Source: Desulfatiglandales bacterium (GTDB taxonomy: Bacteria > Desulfobacterota > DSM-4660 > Desulfatiglandales > HGW-15). Taken from it: a DNA stretch of 64,000 nucleotides. Every line of letters starts with the position of its first letter. Positions within the stretch are counted from its first letter, which is position 1. Both the position numbers and the translations under genes were made by a program. Below are positions 57,942 to 64,000 of the stretch, one piece after another. A model generated the notes under the pieces. It saw only the letters and a program-made list of their open reading frames with translations, ran no database searches and was not told the origin of the DNA. The stretch is taken from the NCBI GenBank assembly GCA_963667015.2, contig CAXXJJ010000001.1, forward strand, positions 1,792,001 to 1,856,000, in the 5' to 3' direction.

Positions 57942-59582
57942 ATGTATAAACTATATAATATTTTATCAATTAAAGAGTGTTTAGCTTGTTTATTGATAGT
58001 TGCCGTTATGTCTTTTGCCTCATGTTCCGGTGAAAAGGAGATTAGCGACTCCGAAGGTACAGTAAGTCAGGTGCTTCATTTTGGAAACGGTGCCGAGCCC
58101 CAGGGGCTTGATCCCCATGTAGTAACCGGTATCCCGGAATATAATATTACAAAGGCATTGTTTGAAGGACTTGTTGTTTATCATCCAAAAACGCTTGAAC
58201 CCATGCCGGGCGCTGCGGAATCATGGACTATCTCGGAAGACCGCAAAACATATACATTTAAGATGCGCGAAGGCGCAAAATGGTCAAACGGCGATCCTGT
58301 AACTGCTCATGATTTTGTATATTCATGGAAGAGACTTATCTCTCCAAAACTCGCATCGGAATACGCATATCAGCTTTTCTATCTGGTAAATGCCGAAAGA
58401 TACTACAATGGTGAAATAACCGACTTTAATGAGGTTGGAGTCAGGGCAATTGGTGATATGACCCTTGAGGTAAAATTGAATAATCCAGTTCCCTTTTTCC
58501 TGACCCTGCTTATTCATCACAGCCTTTATCCGGTGCACCAGGCAACCATTGAAAAGTTTGGAAATATAGACAGCCGTGTATCAAAGTGGACGCTTCCGGA
58601 GAATTTTGTTGGCAATGGTCCCTTTGTCCTGAAGGACTGGGAGCTTAACAGGATAATTGTTGTTGCAAAAAATCCGCTGTACTGGGATGCATCAACTGTA
58701 AAGCTTGATGAAATTCATTTCTATCCTGTTGAGATGGAGCAGACAGAGGAAAGAATGTTCAGATCCGGCCAGCTTCATATAACCAATGCAGTCCCGACAG
58801 AGAAGATAGAAGTTTATAAAGAAAAATCTCCCGAGCTGATACATATCGATCCCTATCTGGGTACCTACTTTTACAGGTTCAATACCCTCAAAGAGCCGTT
58901 TAATGATCCCAGGGTCAGAAGAGCGCTTGCAATGTCCATTGACAGGAAACTGATTGTTGAAAAGGTAACCAAGGGGGGACAGATTCCTGCCTCTGCCCTT
59001 ACCCCTCCGGATACAATGGGATTTACGCCTAAATCGACCATACCCTATGATATTGAGGGTGCCCGAAGGCTTCTGGCTGAGGCCGGATATCCTGACGGCA
59101 GCGGGTTTCCAGAATGCGAACTTATGTATAATACAATGGATTTACATAGAAAGATCGCAGTCGCCATTCAGCAGATGTGGAAAAAGGCGCTTAATATCAA
59201 TATAACCCTCTCAAATCAGGACTGGAAGGTATATCTGGACAGGGAAAGAACCCTGAATTACACCATCAGCAGGGGTTCATGGATAGGGGATTACCCTGAT
59301 CCTAATACCTTTCTGGATATGTGGATCACTGACGGCGGCAACAATCGTACTGGCTGGTCAAACAGTACCTATGATAATTTAATAGCCATGGCAGCAGCGG
59401 CTGCTGACAGGGAAGAAAGGTACGGGTATTTCCAGCAGGCAGAACAGGTACTGGCGAATGAAGTGCCTATAATACCGGTTTACACCTATACCAGGGTATA
59501 TCTGAAGCGTCCCGAGGTAAAGGGCTGGTATCCGAATATCCTGGATCACCATCCATATCAATATGTATACCTGGAAAAATAA
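57942..59582 (+). CDS. oppA: Oligopeptide ABC transporter substrate-binding lipoprotein
   Basis: Lipobox FASC, EPQGLDP, LFEGL, KWSNGDPVTAHDF, WIGDYPDP. Confidence 0.93.
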   Translation: MYKLYNILSIKECLACLLIVAVMSFASCSGEKEISDSEGTVSQVLHFGNGAEPQGLDPHVVTGIPEYNITKALFEGLVVYHPKTLEPMPGAAESWTISEDRKTYTFKMREGAKWSNGDPVTAHDFVYSWKRLISPKLASEYAYQLFYLVNAERYYNGEITDFNEVGVRAIGDMTLEVKLNNPVPFFLTLLIHHSLYPVHQATIEKFGNIDSRVSKWTLPENFVGNGPFVLKDWELNRIIVVAKNPLYWDASTVKLDEIHFYPVEMEQTEERMFRSGQLHITNAVPTEKIEVYKEKSPELIHIDPYLGTYFYRFNTLKEPFNDPRVRRALAMSIDRKLIVEKVTKGGQIPASALTPPDTMGFTPKSTIPYDIEGARRLLAEAGYPDGSGFPECELMYNTMDLHRKIAVAIQQMWKKALNINITLSNQDWKVYLDRERTLNYTISRGSWIGDYPDPNTFLDMWITDGGNNRTGWSNSTYDNLIAMAAAAADREERYGYFQQAEQVLANEVPIIPVYTYTRVYLKRPEVKGWYPNILDHHPYQYVYLEK

Positions 59583-59594
59583 GACCGGGAATCC

Positions 59595-60515
59595 ATGATT
59601 AGAATTATTTTAAACAGAATAGCGATTTCCATTCCTGTTCTCCTGATTGTGATAACTGTTACCTTTTTCTTTATTCGTCTGGCCCCGGGCGGGCCCTTTG
59701 ATACTGAAAAGGCAGTCACTCCTGAGATCCTGGAAAACCTTAATGAATATTACAATCTGAATAAACCGGTTTTTTCCCAATACCTTGATTATCTTAAAAA
59801 TATGGTCCACGGCGACTTCGGACCTTCCTTCCGGCATTCAAATCGAACGGTAACAGAGATGATCCTCACAGGGCTGCCTGTTACATTTGAGCTTGGAGTT
59901 TATTCTCTTCTCATTGCAGTATTTATAGGAATTCTTGCTGGCCTGTCCGCGGCATTGATGCCAAACAGCCTTCAGGATTATATCCCCATGTCCCTTGCCA
60001 TGACAGGCATCTGTATGCCCACCTTTCTCCTTGGGCCTTTGCTGGTGCTTGTATTCGGAATATGGCTTGAATGGCTTCCTGTTTCAGGGTGGGGTGCACT
60101 TCCCGGGGACAAGATTCTGCCCTCTATTACCATGGGGACAGTTTACGCGGCCTATATAGCAAGGCTCACCCGAGGAGGGATGCTTGAGGTAATGTATCAG
60201 GACTTTATACGGACTGCCAGGGCAAAGGGGCTCCCGGAGGTCATGGTTGTTACGCGTCACGCCCTTAAAGGAGGACTGCTTCCGGTTGTCAGCTTTCTGG
60301 GGCCTGCCATTGCAGGGCTTTTGGCCGGATCATTTGTCGTGGAGACTATCTTTCAGATTCCCGGTCTTGGCCGGTTCTATGTTCAGGCCGCCTTTAATCG
60401 CGATTACACGATGATCCTCGGCACAACAATTTTTTATTCGGCCCTTATCATATACTTTAACCTGTTTTCCGATATCCTTACGAGATGGCTCGATCCGAGG
60501 CTGAGAGATAACTGA
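59595..60515 (+). CDS. oppB: Oligopeptide ABC permease
   Basis: APGGPF, DFIRTARAKGL, VETIF.IPGLG, DPR. Confidence 0.93.
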   Translation: MIRIILNRIAISIPVLLIVITVTFFFIRLAPGGPFDTEKAVTPEILENLNEYYNLNKPVFSQYLDYLKNMVHGDFGPSFRHSNRTVTEMILTGLPVTFELGVYSLLIAVFIGILAGLSAALMPNSLQDYIPMSLAMTGICMPTFLLGPLLVLVFGIWLEWLPVSGWGALPGDKILPSITMGTVYAAYIARLTRGGMLEVMYQDFIRTARAKGLPEVMVVTRHALKGGLLPVVSFLGPAIAGLLAGSFVVETIFQIPGLGRFYVQAAFNRDYTMILGTTIFYSALIIYFNLFSDILTRWLDPRLRDN

Positions 60516-61399
60516 TGAAGCTGCGTAAAAATATCACCATAGAGGTTGAAAAGGGAACCTCTCTCTGGAGCAACTCCTGGTACAGGCTTAAACAGAACAG
60601 GCTTGCCATAATAGGACTGGTTGTTCTTGTCATTATGATTCTTATCTCCCTGCTTACTCCATGGATTGCCCCCTACTCATATGAGGCCCAGGACCTTTAC
60701 CTCGGGGCAACACCGCCATCTGCAGAGCACTGGCTGGGGACGGACAGTTTCGGACGAGACATGCTGACAAGAATCATGTACGGGAGCAGGGTTTCACTGG
60801 CCGTGGGATTCCTGGCTACGGCAGTTTCTCTTGTAATAGGCGTAGCATGGGGAACCATCTCAGGTTTTTCAGGCGGACGTGTGGACTCTATAATGATGAG
60901 GATAGTTGATATCCTTTATGCCCTTCCCTTTATAATATTCGTAATTCTCTTAATGGTTGTTTTCGGAAGAAATCTCTTTCTGCTCTTCATGGCCATAGGC
61001 GCGGTTGAATGGCTTACCATGGCCAGGATTATCAGGGGACAGGTCCTCAGCATAAGGGAGAAGGAGTACATTGACGCCGCCATAATGACAGGTGTATCAG
61101 GATGGCGGTTAATCACCCGACATGTTATTCCCAATACCATCGGTCCCATAATAGTCTATACAACACTGACGATTCCCAGCGTAATACTGCTTGAATCCTT
61201 CCTCAGTTTTCTTGGGCTGGGGATACAGCCTCCCATGTGTTCATGGGGGCTTTTAATAAACTATGGAGTGGAGACCATGGAGGAGTACCCCTGGCTGCTC
61301 ATTTTTCCGGGTCTGGTTCTCGCAATAACCCTTTTCTCGCTGAACTTTCTCGGTGACGGACTCAGGGATGCACTGGATCCTAAAAGTACAACAAGGTAG
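60515..61399 (+). CDS. oppC: Oligopeptide ABC permease
   Basis: HWLGTD.FGRD, EYIDAA, GDGLRDALDP. Confidence 0.93.
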   Translation: MKLRKNITIEVEKGTSLWSNSWYRLKQNRLAIIGLVVLVIMILISLLTPWIAPYSYEAQDLYLGATPPSAEHWLGTDSFGRDMLTRIMYGSRVSLAVGFLATAVSLVIGVAWGTISGFSGGRVDSIMMRIVDILYALPFIIFVILLMVVFGRNLFLLFMAIGAVEWLTMARIIRGQVLSIREKEYIDAAIMTGVSGWRLITRHVIPNTIGPIIVYTTLTIPSVILLESFLSFLGLGIQPPMCSWGLLINYGVETMEEYPWLLIFPGLVLAITLFSLNFLGDGLRDALDPKSTTR

Positions 61400-61408
61400 G
61401 AAATACTA

Positions 61409-62413
61409 TTGGCGCTTTTAGAAGTAAGAAATCTTAAGACAAACTTTTACTCACGGTACGGTGTATCAAGGGCTGTGGATGATGTCTCATTTGATATTCA
61501 TAAGGGCCGGACAGTGGGAATAGTGGGAGAGTCGGGTTCAGGTAAATCAGTGACCTGCTATTCCATGCTGGGGCTTGTTGCCTGTCCTCCCGGAAAAATC
61601 GAGAGCGGAAGCGCACTGTTTGAGGGAATTGATCTCCTTAACTGCAATCGGAACGAACTTCGCAAAATACGCGGAAACAGGATATCAATGGTATTTCAGG
61701 ACCCCATGAGTTCACTTAACCCTTACCTGACTATCGGGAGACAGCTCACCGAACACCTTATCCTGCATAAGGGAATATCAAAGGATGCGGCCAAAAAAAA
61801 GGCCGTAAATGCATTGCTGGAGGTAGGCATCCAGGATCCTGAAGTGAGATTAAAGTACTATCCTCATCAGCTTTCCGGCGGCATGAGACAGAGGGTTATG
61901 ATAGCAATGGCCCTTATTACAGAACCCGTTCTCCTGATCGCCGATGAGCCCACTACAGCCCTTGACGTAACAATTCAGGCACAGATAATTGATCTTATAA
62001 ATGATCTTAAGAACAGAAAGAACATGTCCGTGATCTTTATTACCCATGACCTGGGTGTGGTAGCCGGAATTTCCGATCATGTACTCGTGATGTACAGCGG
62101 AAGGATCATGGAATCAGGTTTAACCAGCGACGTGTATTACCGGCCTGTCCATCCCTACACCCGGGCACTTTTAAAATCAACACCGTCTGTTGAGATGAAG
62201 GATAAGGAGCTTTATGTTATCCCGGGGCGTCCTCCGGGTAACTTTGAAGAGATAAAGGGGTGCGTATTTGCCTCAAGATGTGAATTTGTCCAGGATAGAT
62301 GCCTGTCAACTATTCCCGAACTCAGTGAGATTTCAGAAAATCATTTTTCCGCATGCCTGAGAGTGCAGGGCGGGACCCTGTCTGCCGGATTTCCTGAAGG
62401 AGGTGTACAGTGA
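61409..62413 (+). CDS. oppD: Oligopeptide ABC ATPase
   Basis: GESGSGKS, YPHQLSGGMRQR, DEPTTALDV, HPYT. Confidence 0.93.
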   Translation: MALLEVRNLKTNFYSRYGVSRAVDDVSFDIHKGRTVGIVGESGSGKSVTCYSMLGLVACPPGKIESGSALFEGIDLLNCNRNELRKIRGNRISMVFQDPMSSLNPYLTIGRQLTEHLILHKGISKDAAKKKAVNALLEVGIQDPEVRLKYYPHQLSGGMRQRVMIAMALITEPVLLIADEPTTALDVTIQAQIIDLINDLKNRKNMSVIFITHDLGVVAGISDHVLVMYSGRIMESGLTSDVYYRPVHPYTRALLKSTPSVEMKDKELYVIPGRPPGNFEEIKGCVFASRCEFVQDRCLSTIPELSEISENHFSACLRVQGGTLSAGFPEGGVQ

Positions 62414-63390
62414 GCACCCCCCTGCTGGATATCAATGATTTGAAGGTCTATTATCCTATCTATGGCGGCGGATTTTTTAAAAAGAAGATAGAAAATCTCA
62501 AGGCTGTTGACGGGGTCAATCTGAAAATAGACCGGGGCGAGGTGGTAGGTCTGGTAGGCGAATCGGGCTGCGGAAAGTCCACTGTTGCAAGATCGGTTAT
62601 GTGCCTTACTGAAACAACCTCTGGTTCAATAAAACTGGAAGGTGCAGAGCTCAATAGGCTGACATCAAAGGAACTCAAGATAAAACGACCGGAGTTTCAG
62701 ATGATATTTCAGGATCCCTTCTCATCCCTTAATCCAAGAATGACGGTATTCAGCATTCTTGCTGAGCCGCTTTTATATCACGGGCTGGCAAAAAAAACCG
62801 ATTTGACAGATGCACTGTCCACTCTCTTAAGGGAGGTTGGGCTCTCACCAAGGGATATGGGTAAATACCCGCACGAGTTTTCCGGAGGGCAGCTCCAGAG
62901 GATCGCCATTGCCAGGGCACTTTCCCTTCGGCCGAAACTGATTATTGCCGATGAGCCGGTCTCGGCCCTTGATGTCTCAATAAGATCCCAGATATTGAAC
63001 CTTCTGGTAAGGCTCATAAAAGAGCATTCGCTTACAATGCTCTTTATATCCCATGACCTTTCCGTGATCAGGCACATATCCGACAGGATAGCGGTTATGT
63101 ATCTCGGAAAGATTGTGGAGACGGGATCAAACGAGCAGGTCTATTCGCATCCTGCCCATCCATATACCAGGGCCCTTCTTTCGGCGGTCCCTGTCCCTGA
63201 CCCAGATCAGGAAAAGGCAAGGAAGAGGGTTATGCTTGAAGGGGAACCTCCTTCACCAATCAGTCCTCCCGGGGGGTGCAGCTTTCACCCAAGGTGCAGG
63301 TACAGGAAGGAAAGGTGTTCGATAGAAATACCATGTCTGGAATCAAAGGGCGACAATCACAGCGTGGCTTGTTTTTATCCGCTTGATTAA
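62410..63390 (+). CDS. oppF: Oligopeptide ABC ATPase
   Basis: GESGCGKS, YPHEFSGGQ, DEPVSALDVS, GCSFHPRC. Confidence 0.93.
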   Translation: MSTPLLDINDLKVYYPIYGGGFFKKKIENLKAVDGVNLKIDRGEVVGLVGESGCGKSTVARSVMCLTETTSGSIKLEGAELNRLTSKELKIKRPEFQMIFQDPFSSLNPRMTVFSILAEPLLYHGLAKKTDLTDALSTLLREVGLSPRDMGKYPHEFSGGQLQRIAIARALSLRPKLIIADEPVSALDVSIRSQILNLLVRLIKEHSLTMLFISHDLSVIRHISDRIAVMYLGKIVETGSNEQVYSHPAHPYTRALLSAVPVPDPDQEKARKRVMLEGEPPSPISPPGGCSFHPRCRYRKERCSIEIPCLESKGDNHSVACFYPLD

Positions 63391-63464
63391 AAACCGGGGA
63401 TTATAAAAAACCTTTTAACTATACAGGTGTAAGCTCCTGATGGTTTGCCTTTAGGGAAAACACG

Positions 63465-64000
63465 ATGAAACAAGGCAATTTAATACGCATAAGTTTATGT
63501 CTCTTCTTATGTTTTTTTATACTTCGATTCCAGTCCTGCAATAGTGATTCAAGGCACTTCCATGAATTTCTGAATGATGAATCAAAATTAAATAGCTCGG
63601 AAAATCCTGAATGGGCAACAACTACAGGCTACTCAAAATACAATGATCGCTGGAGCGATCTGTCTTTATCAGCTTTCTCACGCCGTGACCTTCACACAAA
63701 AGATGCTTTATCCAGATTACTCGAAATTGATAAAACAAAACTCAATAAAAACGACAGGCTGAGCTATGATCTGTTTGTCCGGGACCTGAAGCTAAGGATC
63801 AAAGGGCAGCGTTTCAAGAGGCAATGCCTGAGAATAAACCAGCTGAACGGTATTCAGGAGAGTGTTGTTGACACGCTCAGGCGCGCTCCGAAAAAAAATA
63901 AAAAAGACTTTACCGATATTCTGGCACGTTTACGTACATTGCCGGAACTGGTGGACAATACTGTTATACTGTTAAAAGAGGGGATAAAGACCGGTATAAC
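63465..64000 (+). CDS. DUF885 family exported protein, 5' part (runs off the window end; not in the ORF track)
   Basis: Manual translation: MKQGNLIRISLCLFLCFF...ENPEWATTTGYSKYNDRWSDLS...IDKTKLNKNDRLSYDLF, typical of the DUF885 N-terminus. Confidence 0.8.
   Translation, partial: MKQGNLIRISLCLFLCFFILRFQSCNSDSRHFHEFLNDESKLNSSENPEWATTTGYSKYNDRWSDLSLSAFSRRDLHTKDALSRLLEIDKTKLNKNDRLSYDLFVRDLKLRIKGQRFKRQCLRINQLNGIQESVVDTLRRAPKKNKKDFTDILARLRTLPELVDNTVILLKEGIKTGI

Noticed and set aside
63430..63460. c-di-GMP-I riboswitch (GGCAAACC on the minus strand)
   Set aside because: Lacks the GAAA loop and downstream GACGCAAA elements, and is in the wrong orientation for the next gene

Overview
Bacterial chromosome segment. 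Gene content (DUF3786, GAF-PilB, sigma-54 EBP, GxxExxY and Y1-transposase accessory genes) suggests a Desulfobacterota/deltaproteobacterium; this is an inference. Core blocks: hemerythrin-maf-tatD, a GAF-containing PilB/GspE ATPase, argC, ychF, a TetR-regulated ybhGFSR-type ABC exporter operon, smr, purE-tsaC, a ~14 kb chemosensory cluster with a sigma-54 activator, recG-pcm, rlmKL, an LPS-modification cluster, an M16 peptidase, oppABCDF and a partial DUF885 gene. The most unusual part is a ~13 kb accessory island (12.2-25.3 kb) between the convergent ybhR-like and smr genes. It carries a GxxExxY pseudogene, vapBC, a REP-associated HUH/Y1 transposase (RAYT), a diverged duplicate of the last 108 bp of the ybhR-like gene, and an IS256 remnant. 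It also carries an AT-rich, translationally coupled pair encoding a beta-propeller-TPR-methyltransferase and a ProB-like kinase without ProA, followed by csaA, DUF5131, a Panacea/PemK-like TA pair, an orphan antitoxin, sce7726 with a truncated sce7725, and an AAA-DUF4143 gene. Many island genes are separated by 9-bp-period repeats, and small palindromic elements sit nested inside other repeats and inside the RAYT gene. No tRNA, rRNA or CRISPR array was recognised. All calls come from motif recognition by eye; no database searches were run.
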